A program made the translations under genes and the position numbers. A DNA stretch of 55,608 bases, the filler included, from Sphacelaria rigidula (taxonomy: Eukaryota): assembly GCA_964200075.2 (NCBI GenBank). It is 5 parts of 5 records of this genome, joined end to end, with 100 filler letters (N's around TTAATTAATTAA, not from the genome) between each part and the next. Parts side by side here need not be neighbours in the genome. Positions count along the whole stretch, not along the records: positions 33,427 to 44,467 come from CAXNAA020005488.1; positions 44,568 to 55,608 come from CAXNAA020005489.1; 3 more parts are not named here. The stretch is one strand, 5' to 3'. The notes beneath the pieces are model-generated. The model worked only from the letters and a program-made list of their open reading frames with translations. It did no database searches and was not told the DNA's origin. Shown piece after piece: positions 34,649 to 47,035 of this stretch (positions are counted from its first letter, which is position 1; each line of letters opens with the position of its first letter).

Positions 34649-37600
34649 CCCCCCCATTGACTGCGGGTGTCAAAAGTAAGCTTCAAGGACCATACTTAGT
34701 GAACAGAGCTACCCACCGAAAGAGAACTCTTCCGCTCACGGCGCATTCAACAGGTGTATCCTCTCAAGAAATAAAATTCATCACAACCATCAAACAATCG
34801 CAAATCCCGAAACTCGTCACGTCTTTCAACAACTATGGGACCAGCCAAGAACCAAAAACATCGGTGTTCTTCTTTTCACACCAAGACAAGAAAAAGAAAC
34901 AGGGATGCATGAGCTGTGTGTTCGCCACACTGTAGCTCCTGATGGTCAATCCACGCAAAACGCAAGTCAAATTCTGCAACTGTACTAGCCCATGCTCCTA
35001 CAATAGCGTGAGTGGTCGTACTTAGCATTCGAGTAACCTGCACTACGCATGCGAGACCAAGCTTCTAGACAATGTATGAACCCACACAACACAGTGGACA
35101 ACTTATGAAACTCGGATCACATGGTCCAAAAATCCACTTCACAGTCAGTCAGCTGCCTACAGTACAAGAATCAAATTTCAAAATTTAAATTCAGCAATCC
35201 ATACTGCAGTAGTGCCTACGTCATCAAACCAAAGTAGACACTCACTATATCTACTTTACCCCTCATTCCTCTCGGCGACCGGCGGAGCAGAGCAGCTCAA
35301 CGCCCCCAGACAAAACACACGATCAGCATCAGCTTCCCCCAATTATCGCCATCGATGTTTCCCCCCCCACACTTCTAGGCCACGGGGAAGGAGTGCTGCA
35401 TTCATCGTCATCTTTCCCCCATAGCCGGGAGATTTGCAACGAGGGGCTGATGATCTTGATCCCGGTCGGTCACCACCCTCCAAAACCATCCGTCATGTCG
35501 TGCTCGTCTCAGCCTTACAGACAGCACCTGTGTCGGACAAAAATGGTTTTTGGAGACTCAGCGTCTCACATATCATGCAGACCCGAGGGGGATGGGCAGT
35601 GGGACAACAGAAAGGGAAAGTATTAATATCCATGTTACTCAGGCGCGTCAATCACCAACCGATGAACATACTTTTACCACGTACCGTACTGTGATATCGC
35701 GTTACGGCAATCACGAACGCACACCCACACATCATACCCGGATCCAGCACAACTATTTCAAATCTTCGCTTCTCGTTCACATACCACACATGGATCAAAC
35801 AGCAGTTCAACCGCTAGCATCCTGGTTGCATGAAACAGTACACTTTGACTTTAACATGCCGTGCCAACATATGTAAACCTGTATGGAATTCGCCTGGCCA
35901 GCCAACCGAGCAACGACCAGCTCCCATATGGGTGATACAATGCACTCTTCTTTAAGTATGCCGTGCAAATGAACCGCATCTCGCACAGAACATCATCTCT
36001 GTCTATCAGCCATTGAATATGGGTCACATGCGTTCTGCTGACCTGTAGCACAGGAATTTCTCTTGTGCCCACAGTCACTCTTCCGAAATTATCATGATCA
36101 GGTCAAGCTGCTAGTATTGCGCTACTCAGTCCTTGCTCCTACCATAACAACGAAGTCTTATCAACCAATCCAGTCAAGAAACCGATGCCTCGCGAATCCT
36201 GCACCTCTCGGGATGATAACAACTTTTTCACTTAGATGTCGAGTTTCGGAATCCACCTCAAATTTTGTGGTCTCAGCCCTCGTTCATCCGCATACCCCAC
36301 TGCGGAACGTTTTACCGACATCACCCTCTAGCCTAGTCAGACCGTGGTGCCCCACGTGCCTGTACTCATCAAGGCAACGAACAAGGTCCCACCTCAACCG
36401 ATCGAGTAAGGATGTGGTGCCCCACAGTCCTGCGCTCATCGGGGTGGCAACAATGTTACACTAAGCGTTAAGTTTCGGCATCCATGCCAAAACATGTCCT
36501 CAACACTCTTCACGCACCTCCATTCTGTGCAATTTCACCGACACCGTTCCACAGTCAACTTAAGACGCGGTGCCCCGCTCTTCTCACACTCAGAAAAACA
36601 GCAGACGATCTTCTATTCACCAATAGAGTCAAACAAGCGCGCAAAGCAAACCTGCACTCATTGAGACAGAAATGTTCGTCAAATATCAACACTGAGGTTC
36701 GGTCTCCATATCAAAAATATGGTCTCAGCATTGTCCAGAGATGTACAACATCTCGATCCACCTGGGCAACAACCTTTTCTTGGGTACATGAATCGTTATC
36801 TGCATGATGGCCATGAACACTCGAAACATAAAAACAAAGAGGTATTATGCATAGGTCCCATGCCATCATTTTTCAAAAAGGCTTCTGCGTCCGCTTCCAA
36901 ACATACTGAAGAATCGCTACTTCTCGACGACCCTACTGTCATTGCTGTATCTTCGTCTTCTCCTGTATTACGGTCCTGAAACGAGTGTCCCTTTTTTCCG
37001 CATCTCATGCAATGTTGTTCCGGGCAGTCACGCGCGAAGTGTGCTGGTTACTTCCGGCAAATCCAACACCGCCTGTCCTTTTCAGAACCATTTTTCATGC
37101 CCATCAGGTTTCGAATAACCCGTATTTTCCGAGGTCCCTTGTAGATTCGTAAATTCCTTTTTTTTCGACTCTCTGTGCCACTTCACGGGGGTTCTGGCCC
37201 ATTTCCTGTGGCATACGGAAATATTTCCCATCTGTCGTGTGAGGCACTTATGAAAACTGCGGCACTAGCTTGTGTCAGGGAATCATCATCACGGAACAAC
37301 GGCCAATTTTCCTCCTTACCGTCAAACTTCTCATCGAATCTTTCATCAACACAAAAACAACTCTTCACGCCTAGATAAGGGTAGTAATCCGGGGGCTCCT
37401 CGTTCATTCTTACTTGGGCGGATCCATCGCCCGTGGATCCTCGGAGAGGGCCTGATACAATCCCTACACCGCGTGGTGACCGGACCCTCCCTGTTCCGGC
37501 ACCGGCGACGGTGTGCCTCCCGTCGCCTGACTCCCCCTCCCAGCCCACTGCCGCTCAAAGGCCAGTGGACGATGTCCCGCGCACTAATTGGGACATCATC

Positions 37601-38036
37601 ATCCTCAGCTCAGCCAGCTGCTCGGTAATTCCCGTCACCGATCCTTGCAAGCTAGGGACATTCTCTTTCACCTCCAGCATCTCCGTTGGAGACGATGTGT
37701 CTCCCACGACAGCCGAGTGTCTTTCCGCGGTGCTCCAGTCCGCCATCGGTCCCTTGGCCACAAAGCTCCCAAGTTGGGTAGAGGGGCTCTAGAGCTCTCA
37801 CTTGTTCAATGGACAAACTGTTCGCTTTTTGAACATACCTCACCTACGGCTCCCGTTTAAGCGTGTACAGATGCCGCCTGAACGTTCGTCGGGATACACC
37901 ACGGGAAGGAGGGTATTTCAGCCCTGCTGCTCCAGGTAATGCTTTGTATGGCATGGACGTCGGAAAGTGTCGTGAGAATATCGCTCTGGTGTTGAGTGTC
38001 TTCCTCCCTCCGTGAGAGCGCCACTACAAGATACCA
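34649..38036 (-). mobile_element. Degenerate copia-like LTR element, gag remnant only
   Basis: PBS-like CA|TGGTATC (38036-38030), KFDGKEENWPLFR gag motif, two decayed knuckles (CWICRK*PAHFARDC, CMRCGKKGHSFQDR), and a G7 polypurine tract followed by TGTT (34655-34645). No pol motifs or matching LTR pair seen. Confidence 0.65.
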
Positions 38037-38154
38037 TGGTCACACCTCTGGGTTGTTGGTGTGTGCCATCTTCACAGAATTGGCATGCCTGTTTTGAAAA
38101 GGCAGGCCAAAGATACTCCCATTTGGTATACGAGTACGGGATCTTGGGTCACGG

Positions 38155-38386
38155 TCAATAACCTGTTCGTAGATGGTACTTGTTTCCATGTAATTTTCGT
38201 GACAGGGGAATGTGCACAGATAGGACTTCAGGGATGGTGTACAGGATACTCGTTTTTTTGGTCGACAACAACCTGTTTGTAGATAGTATACAACATACGC
38301 GTACTTGTTTTCCTGTAATTTTCGCGATGCAGTAGGGGGACGAGCACAGATAGGAATTCAGGAATGGTGCAACGGATACTCGTTTT
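38155..38386. repeat. Imperfect tandem duplication (110-130 bp)
   Basis: ACCTGTT.GTAGAT.GTA at 38161 and 38271; GCACAGATAGGA.TTCAGG at 38214 and 38344. Confidence 0.8.
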
Positions 38387-38694
38387 CCAAGGGCTTCGAA
38401 AGACAGAAAACCGACCTGTGTTTCGCAAATGCAGCTTCGGCAGAACAGCGGTGATATGCAACGTTCTGCTTTATAGTGGCGACGTGGGCTTGTCCCTCGG
38501 GCGCTCTGTGGCGGCAAGGGAGCGAGTAACCGCCCGTCCCCATCCCGGCCCACGTCTTTGTGTGATTATTTTCAATCTTCAGACGCTGCAGTTTATTTGT
38601 GGATATCTCGTACCGCATAACAGGGAGAAATCTCACGCGGGTGCATCGAGGACCAATCCTCTTTTATGTTAGGGACACACAAGAAGAGAATTGT

Positions 38695-38741
38695 ATGCTT
38701 CACGAGCAGAAAGTTGCGGGTTCGAACCCCCACTCCCACCA
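38695..38741 (+). pseudogene. tRNA-like 3' half (SINE or pseudo-tRNA relic)
   Basis: TGC-TTCACGA-GCA stem-loop, GGGTTCGAACCC T-arm/B box and a CCA end. No D-arm or 5' acceptor strand. Confidence 0.35.
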
Positions 38742-40171
38742 AAAGCAACACAACAAATACACTAGCGGGCAACAAATAAGTCGAATCATTGATGGAAAGG
38801 TGCAAGGGTGCGCTGGGTGGGGTGTTTAATCCATTTGAGTGTTTTGAAAAATCGTCCTAAAGTAACTAAAACTTGGGAAAAGTCAATTGAAATCGTGCTC
38901 AACATCACCCGGATATTAGGTGGAGTATCACGGTCGTACCTAGCTGTACCCAATATTTGGGTGGAGGAGCTTGGAGATTGGACCGTCACAATACAAACTT
39001 CGGGAGGATAATATGAGGATACTCACGCCACCCGATACACCCTTGGGAAGGTGCACAAAACTCCTATCCGCTAGCCGGCAAAACTAGGCTACCTCTACAA
39101 ACGTCTTTTCGTCAAAGAACGTACGACGGGGCCCATAGAAGGACCGCAAGGGTGGGCGGGGGGCGGGGTGATGTGGTCACTGTCACACAGGAGGAAACTA
39201 GTGTTACAGGTGTCTGTCTAGCATTCATGACCTAACATCTTTACGACTGTGTATAAATATGTATATATACAAGCCGCACGGGAACCGGGGCTGCGACCCG
39301 GTCCCGTCCGTCGTTTTCGAGGGTCTCGGTATTCTTGCCTTGCCAAGCCCTCGTGAGAATGGATCCTCTCTCGGAATGTTCATGCCCGCCGGAAACATTG
39401 TAGGACCACCGCGATCGCGCGTCCGTTCGAACGGTCGCGAACGCATGTGTACCCCCGCACAAAGTAAAATACGAATCCGCTTACCGGCCCCCTAGCATTG
39501 GCATTGGCCCGAACAGTCATCTCCCGGGGCGGGTGCGGAGGAACTTGCACTAAAATCAGCATTGAATCTCGTGGACGCCTCGTTACAAGGTATGCTTGAA
39601 GCTCGTGAGTTCGAAATATTCTATATATATATACTATATATAAGTTTAAACGGGCCAGGAAATGCCGGACGATCTGTACCGTATACTGTATCATGCACTT
39701 GCACTCCAGTTTGCGAAGAAAACGTTGAGGCACCACGTGCAATCTCACTCACGTCACGGACCGGAGTACACCTGAAGGGTACCGCCTTCGATTTCCACAG
39801 TATGTCGGAATATAACCTTATGAGAAGCGTCAACACGGGTATTTCAGTTCAGTACAACATACAAGGGCCTGTTCAAAACTGCGAGGACTACCATTGAGGA
39901 ATTAATGTACGCTAGACACTGCACACGTGATTGAAACCGACGCACGGTACATGATCTTCTCAAAACTCGTCAAGTCTGCGAGTAGGCATTAAACTCACTT
40001 CTTCGCTTCATCAATACCGCGGAGATTGGTGCTAAGGGATGCGAATTCTGCAGCAGGACACTGCCGATTGCATGCCTCACTGCCATCCCCCCCCCCCCGC
40101 GCCGGTTTGCGTGCACACCGACATCAATACACGTTTTCCCTGCGACCATACTCAACAACAATACCCAACAG

Positions 40172-41592
40172 GCGCTGATATCGAGAGTCGTATGGTCAAC
40201 GGACGCTCTCCCCTCCACCTTGCCGTGATCAACGATAAACCGGAAGTCGTCGAAATACTACTGAAAGCCAACGCCTACCTTGAGCACAGAGATCACGTCC
40301 ACGGTCAGACTCCACTCTCCGAAGCGGCAGAGTATGGCCTGGCTGACATCATCCGCATGTTGATCGAGACAAGGGAGGGAGAGAGCGCGGCAGACGTAGA
40401 GACGAGATCTTCGGCCGGATTGACTCCGCTACACTGGGCGTGCCGTTTCAACTGTCCGGACAGCGTACACGCTTTGTTGTCGGCGGGCGCTGACCCGAAT
40501 GCGGTAGACTTCGCGGCTGCCGCCGTTATAGCTTATGGCTTTGGCTCTTCGACCGCCACCAGCTCCACGCTCAAAACAAAAAGACAGTGCTCTCAGTCGA
40601 CACGGTCGTCGTATTCCTCGAAGTTGGGGTGTTACCTGTTGGACGGTGTGGCTACATCCTGCTTTGACCACAGTTTACCAACAGCCGCTGACGTGATCGG
40701 TCTAGGCGACCCGTGTAGGTGGAGGGAGGACCCCAACCGAGACTTCAACGGAGAGGCTCCCTTGGCGTCCAGTCGCCGTCGAAATTCGACATCCGCCAGC
40801 CGCATTCGGGTGCTTTCCCACCGTGCCCGGAAGGACAAGGCTTGGCGCCGTCGCGGTTGGTTGGTGATCCTCGCCAAAAGACTCGAGACCAAGAACGCGG
40901 TAGTCGCAGGCAAGATGAGATACTCTGTGGACATGCATGTCGATGCGAGTACATTATCTGTCGGCGAGAAGAGAGACGGTGAGACGGAGCTATCCCAGAA
41001 GGATCGAGCGGCCGTGTCGAATGTCATGGGGTTGACGAGCGCGATGCACCGTGGGGCGAAGGGAGAGAGGCAGGAGGAAATGGGATGGAGAGGGGAAGTG
41101 GAGGGCGATGCGGCGTTTGACCAGGACAGCGATAGTGATTTGTGCACAAGGCCCGGGCGCCGGCTCTTTCTCTTGACGAGTACACAGGATGTAGTCAGAA
41201 GGAAACGAGGTGCGTCGAGGGCGAAGAATGGGCGTGTTTGCTCTGTGATAGGCACGAAGCGTCTACACGAGGATCTCTCGTCTGCTTCGGATGGGTGTTC
41301 TGACGATGAAAGCAGTAGTGTGGAGTATTCGTGCATGGCGTTGGAAAGTACTTCTCGCGTCCTGTGCGACAGGGGAGGCCGATACGGTGACATTGTCGAA
41401 GACGATATCATGGAGGTGGTCAAGGAGGGACATGACTGGTCATGGGAAGCGGATGTGAACAAAGGTGGCGAGGCTCTCGAGACTTATAGCGACAGCGACG
41501 GCCGTGTGGTGGGGCCCGAGATGCTTGAAAGGGTGCTGGGACTGTCATGCGTAGAGATGTACGTCTTCCGTCAGGTCGTGTGCTTCCTTTAA
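40172..41592 (+). CDS. Ankyrin-repeat protein, large terminal exon (5' exons not located)
   Basis: Acceptor ACCCAACAG|G. Three ankyrin repeats (GRSPLHLA, GQTPLSEAA, GLTPLHWAC..LLSAGADPN), then DKAWRRRGWLVIL, a low-complexity acidic tail and the terminal VFRQVVCFL-stop. Confidence 0.92.
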
Positions 41593-42989
41593 TTACTTCA
41601 GCACTACAAAACCAACATCTAGTTGGCAATCGGCGCACGCTTGACGACGAACGATAGACTCTGTGCAGGCCTATAATTAAAGGCGTAGGTAATGGCCGCT
41701 TGTGAGTCGTTGGTTATCGATAGGTCACTTCCCTCTGTTTTAGGTTACTGAGTGTCGTCGTGGGAGACGTCTGCGGTTACAAAGTTGATTTCTGTCGGTT
41801 ATACCGGGCGTTCAATACGGGAACATGTTCGACGTACGTCGTGACATAGTGTGCGGCTAAAGCATCAGGCTGGCTATTAAACGGGAGTAGCTGCTAGTAG
41901 TTTGCTTGTCGTTTTTAGGTTTGGCGTCATGGGAAAGCACAAATAGGTATCAAGGAATGGCACTAGCAAGAGGCAACGGCATTCTGCTCCATCGATCCTT
42001 CGTTCATTCAATAGTGCCCGACGGAGTGATGGCACCCCGATAGCCGCAGCTGCCAATTTTCACCCTACACAGTCTCAGTGCTGCTCAGTGCTGCTAAGAA
42101 CTGCGGCCTGGTCGATACCGTGTCGGGTGAGGCACGTGGGGTTTAACTCGAACGAAACGCAGTGATAGTTGAGACGGGTATGTGGTCATCGGCAATAGAT
42201 AAAACGTGTAAGTAATTGTCTCCTCTCGGTTATGCCATGGGACACTGTCCAAAGCCGGTACCCCGAGGCGTGAGGTGAGATCTTGGCGCCTGGACACGTA
42301 GTAATCGTTATACTGCTGACGCCATATGATGAAAATTTGTGGTTTGACACTACCGTCTCTCTGGATAATCGCTTGCTTTGCGTCAGCCCTTCGTGTTTGT
42401 CTCACTACGGGGAGATCACACAATGTGTCTACCACGGAAGTCCCAGACGTCGTCGCGGCTTGTCACAGCGAAACACTCGTATGGTGGCGCTTGAACTGTT
42501 TATTCCGCAAAAACAAAATCTCTTTTTTCAGTTGATGTGGGCATTCAAGATTCGGGAAGCGGTAGTTGGTAGCACGTACGCGTGAAGGTGAACTCGAGAA
42601 GATGAGACAAGAGAGGCGCATCCATGAGAGGGGGCTCGGTCATGTGCGTGTCTGGGCCGTGCGCTCGACACAAACATGTACCCACTTGGCTACACAAGAG
42701 ACCTGGCGTTGGTGCGCTGCAGCTGGGGGCGGGTTCATCGTATAATCAGTATATGGGGGAGAATGATGAGCGAGTAGAAACGGAAAAGCGGCACGCAGTG
42801 GACGAAAGTCAAAGCAGTGCCAAACAAAAGAGTACGAGCATGTTCGACATATATCTGTAAATTTCCCAACCGTAGTTTTCTATGGGGATAGTCGGCGCTT
42901 CGGTTATCTGTTCGTAAGCAAAGTGCTTCGCACACAGCTCGAGGCGTGTGTGTGTGTATGTGAATCGAGGTACAGGTATGAAGTCTCGA

Positions 42990-43420
42990 CGGAATCTTTG
43001 CCGCCCTAGACGGGTAGGTAAGTGTTCGATACACATGGATATTATATATCGAAGACAGCACTTTTTCGGGTCCAGATGCATATTGGTGCGTGCTGCAGTC
43101 GGCGGTATTGTAACCGTGGTACATGTTGTTCACGTCGTCAAGGTGGGGTGGGTTCGTATCGGCATGTATGTGTTGGGCAGGAGGCCTCTCCCCGAACAAC
43201 ATCAGTATGTACTTCCCTCCCAGGCGGTGGATGCGTCGACAGGTCGACATATGTGTAGAGGAAGAGAACGCATGACACAACATTGTTGTCACAAGATATG
43301 CCAAGGACGAATACGCGCTAGATATCATCATCATGATATACATTGTAAACCACGGGCCTCCGATATATTGTAGGAACAACGGATATCGAAGACGTGTCGG
43401 GAAAAACATGTTGCACGTGT
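42990..43420 (-). repeat. Old dispersed repeat (homologous to 11290-11660)
   Basis: Colinear conserved blocks in inverted orientation relative to 11290-11660. Confidence 0.6.
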
Positions 43421-43839
43421 CATGCACCTGGTAATATGTTATCGGCTAGCGCCGACGAACCGAAAAGTACGATGGTTACTCGTTTTCATATATCTGTCGA
43501 TACGTTATATCAAACACACGAATTATAGTGCGCGTTGTCATATATTATACCTGTTGGCCCATCTGTATATTTCACGCCTACGACATATTGCATTCATTTC
43601 CCGACAACATAATGCGCCGACAGTATTCTTATTATTGAAGATCTTGGCGCAACACATATTGCGACCCGCCTCTTGTGCCAATTACTGTTCGGTCGAGTGT
43701 GTTGTATACCGCGGGCTGTCGAGATATTGCAGGGACAGCATACATTATATACCGACCCGTCTAGGGTGTGGAATCTTCTGGAGCAGATCCACTCGTCGGG
43801 CGGCCTACTGTATTGCCGTGCGACCTCCGTATCATATAT

Positions 43840-44194
43840 AGGATATCATACCCATCTGGGATATCTATCTGATAGCATAAATGTTTCATCCGGGATATCC
43901 ATTCAGGATATCTATCTGGTGGCAAAAATGTTTAATTTGGGATATCCATTCAGGATATGCATGTAGAATATCAGCAGATTCATCTGAGATATCAGTCCGG
44001 AATACATGACAATTCATGTGGGATATCGATTTTCATTAGGCATACCAACCCGGGTTTCATATCCATCTGAAATAATGTGTATGTCTGCGATATCCACCTG
44101 GGGAGTTCACCTGAAATGCCCATCTATCTGGGATGCCAAGTTTACATAGAATGTCCACCATCTAAACGTATAATATCCCAGATGGACGCCCACC
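43840..44194. mobile_element. MITE-like element rich in CCATCTGGGATAT sub-repeats
   Basis: AGG....CCATCTGGGATAT at the left end and its inverse ATATCCCAGATGG....CCT at the right end, with many internal GGATATCCAT/CATCTG motifs. Confidence 0.6.
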
Positions 44195-44420
44195 TTGATT
44201 GATTTGATTGATTGATTGTCACGCATTGGCTGATCCCCGAGGGACCCAGCCGTGGTCACAAAGTAGACGTACACAGGGTGGACAACATGGACACGCTTGC
44301 TGAAGAAGAAGAAAAGTGGGAAACAAAAATATATAGCAGACACACGGCGTGAACTGGAAAACAGAAGACGGAAGCAAACAGACAAAATAAAATATTTAAA
44401 TCTAAGAAAAGAAGGGAGAG
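44195..44420 (-). mobile_element. Probable 3' end of a non-LTR retroelement with (AATC)n tail
   Basis: (GATT)n + CCCCGAGGGACCCAGCCGTGGT + A-rich tract; homologous to 10196-10440. Confidence 0.5.
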
Positions 44421-44467
44421 AAGGGGGGGGGGGGGGGGGGGTACACAATTTTGCGTTCCTTTATGGT

Positions 44468-44567
44468 NNNNNNNNNNNNNNNNNNNNNNNNNNNNNNNNN
44501 NNNNNNNNNNNTTAATTAATTAANNNNNNNNNNNNNNNNNNNNNNNNNNNNNNNNNNNNNNNNNNNN
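44468..44567. other. Artificial contig spacer
   Basis: 44 N + TTAATTAATTAA + 44 N. Confidence 0.98.
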
Positions 44568-45299
44568 TTCGTTATCTCCATGAATAATCTCCCCCTCCCC
44601 CCCCTCAATGGCCTTATGCCTTCGGCATGCAAGATCATAAGTACCCCCCCCCCCCCCCTCTCCCCCCCCTCACACACTTTGGCATGCATGATCATGAGTA
44701 CACCCTCACACACGCCACACACGCCGCACACGCTTTTTTTTGCACACCAAACCGAAGTGGGAGCTACCTCCAATGCTTGGTTGGCAGGTGGGATTTGATC
44801 ATTTCATCCACGCTTCGGTTAACGACTCCCTATAGGAACAGACTGATCCAGTGATTGGCAGTACCAGAGTCGGTATTTTTATCTAGTTTAATCCTCAGAC
44901 ACTCTCATCCCTCTTTTCACGTCAAAACTAAGCGAACTACTGCGCGGGTCCCGATATAGCGCCATCCTGAATAGTGGAATGGCCGGAGAAGTGGTGCAAA
45001 AGTCGCTTGCCACCAGTAAACCCCGATATCGCGGTTGCCGCTATACACACACATATATATATATATATATGTATGTACGTCATTTATGTTGAACTGATGA
45101 AAAGTGTATGAGTTGCGATGGGTTTTTTGTTGTTTCTGGGATTTTTTGGACAAGGAAAAGACAATATATCGGAATAGGCTATATCGGAACCCTGACAGTT
45201 CTTGTGGAACCCCCTCGTGCTGCAGACTGCCGCAAATCAAGCACGCAGCATATTCGTACACACACCAGGTTGCCGTCACCCACCGCCTGCTCATCACAC

Positions 45300-45687
45300 A
45301 GAGCAGCCATGCACGTGGACACGAAGCCTTCGAGCAATACTGTAGGGTTTTGTCATTGAAGACCCAACAGTGCGTCCCCGCGGTACCTATTCAAGTGTAT
45401 CGTACACGTCGTACCGTCGTACTACAGCAGCAATGCATTGTAAACGTGCACAGTGCGGCATTTTGTAGTACTAAATGGCCACTAGAGTACTGTACCACGC
45501 ACTACAGCAGTAATGTTGCAATGTATGACGAAGAATAGCTTGATGAAGTGCGGAGAGCTTGGGGGGGGGGGGGGGGGGCTTGGTGGCGCCGTCGCCATAC
45601 TGGGGGGGGGGGTGGCGTTTTGCCCCCCTAGCCCAGCNNNNNNNNNNAGAGAGGAATGGGTGGAGTAGGGGAGGAAGAGGGTTGGGG

Positions 45688-45724
<37 letters not shown>

Positions 45725-46282
45725 CTTGATAGCGCCGTCGCCATACTCGGAGCTGTCGTAGCGTTTTGACCGCCTAGACCAGCTCGTGCAGTTGGCTGGC
45801 AATACCGAGGTACGGCAATTTTGTAGGAAGACTAATATGTCGTTCCTCGCAGCCCATGCCGCAAAAACCAACGCGGAAGGCAGACGTCAGGATGTTTGAT
45901 GGATGGCGGGTGGGTAGAATTCTATGCCGCAGGTGTGTCAGTAAAGCGCAGCAGCAGTAAGAGTCTCTGCTCATTTTGATTTTTGTTACGTTGCTCCATG
46001 TTGTCGGATGTTCGGACTTCTTCTGTACGCCGGCTAATCTGTTTTGTAGTCATTTCGCGTGTGTGGGAGCCCTGTACATCGCAACGGTACCGCTGTAGTC
46101 TGTGGTGTAGTGGTCATTTAGTGCAATGAATGCTATCTTAGGTACTGTTGAGTACATTACTGCTGCAGTACGTTGTGTACGATACATGTGGATAGGTCCC
46201 GCCGGGGTGCACTGATGAGTACCTAGTGACGAAATCCTAGAGTATTGTTCGAAGGCTTCATGTACAGGTGCATTGCTGCTCT
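45300..46282. repeat. Diverged inverted repeat pair (about 45300-45526 and 46072-46282)
   Basis: AGAGCAGC.ATGCAC..GAAGCCTTCGA.CAATACT.TAGG and later blocks match in inverted orientation. The spacer holds poly-G runs and a 10-N scaffold gap (45638-45647). Confidence 0.75.
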
Positions 46283-46591
46283 AGGAGTACTATTTGTACT
46301 ACGCGACAATGTCGGGGAGGCATGTCGTTATCGACAGTGTTGCGTGTGAAGAACTTCTCGTCATTCTCTGTGTTGGGCATTGATCCGAAATGGCGGCATA
46401 CCTGGTGCTATACTTGCCGCTATTCAGGGATAACGGCATGATGTTCTGCGGCGAAATTTACCTCTTGTCACGACATGCCACTATGTCGGGACCTCCCAAG
46501 TATTTCCATTGTTTTGTCACTCCCATGAGAAACAGAAAAGCAGCAGGTACATCGCATACGTTAACACCATGCAAAACAAAGCACCGCACAA

Positions 46592-47035
46592 AACAGCCGA
46601 TAATCGAAATTCAGGATGGAGTTTTTAATTGAGGATGAGAACCCGGAGGATTAAAATGTTTGTGTCCGCACCAAATCTTCGAAATGTGGTTTTATTTCTT
46701 TACCTACTGGTAGCTATTGATAAGTACTACACGTCATGCAAATTTGTATTCCGATAACCGAAATGTTGGGGTCCTAGGTGAAAAACCAACTTCGAGGAAT
46801 TTCGGCGATCCGATCGGATCATTTAGATTCCCCGAAATTGTTTCTTCACCCAGGGCCCCAACATTTCGGTTATCGAATTCCAAATTTGTAGGGCGTGTAG
46901 CAGTTGTCAATAGCTACCAGTAGGTGAAAAAATGGAACCATATTTTGAAGATTTGGTGTGGATGAGAACATTTTAATCCTCCGGATTCTCATCCTCAATG
47001 AAAAGCTCCGTCCTCAATTTCGATGATCGGCTGTT
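46592..47035. mobile_element. 444-bp loopless palindrome (foldback element)
   Basis: Two 222-nt arms align without indels (37 mismatches by hand count). Centre GATCCGA|TCGGATC, termini AACAG...CTGTT, direct 4-bp flanks ACAA/ACAA. Confidence 0.93.

Noticed and set aside
40039..40171. ATG at 40039 as the start of the ankyrin protein
   Set aside because: This stretch contains a poly-C tract and ends in a CAG acceptor directly before GADIE, in mid ankyrin repeat. It is more likely intron.
40632..41462. 276-aa antisense ORF
   Set aside because: It is a Ser-rich shadow of the ankyrin gene coding strand.
42735..43427. 230-aa ORF as a gene
   Set aside because: It overlaps a dispersed repeat also found at 11290-11660 and has no recognisable motifs.
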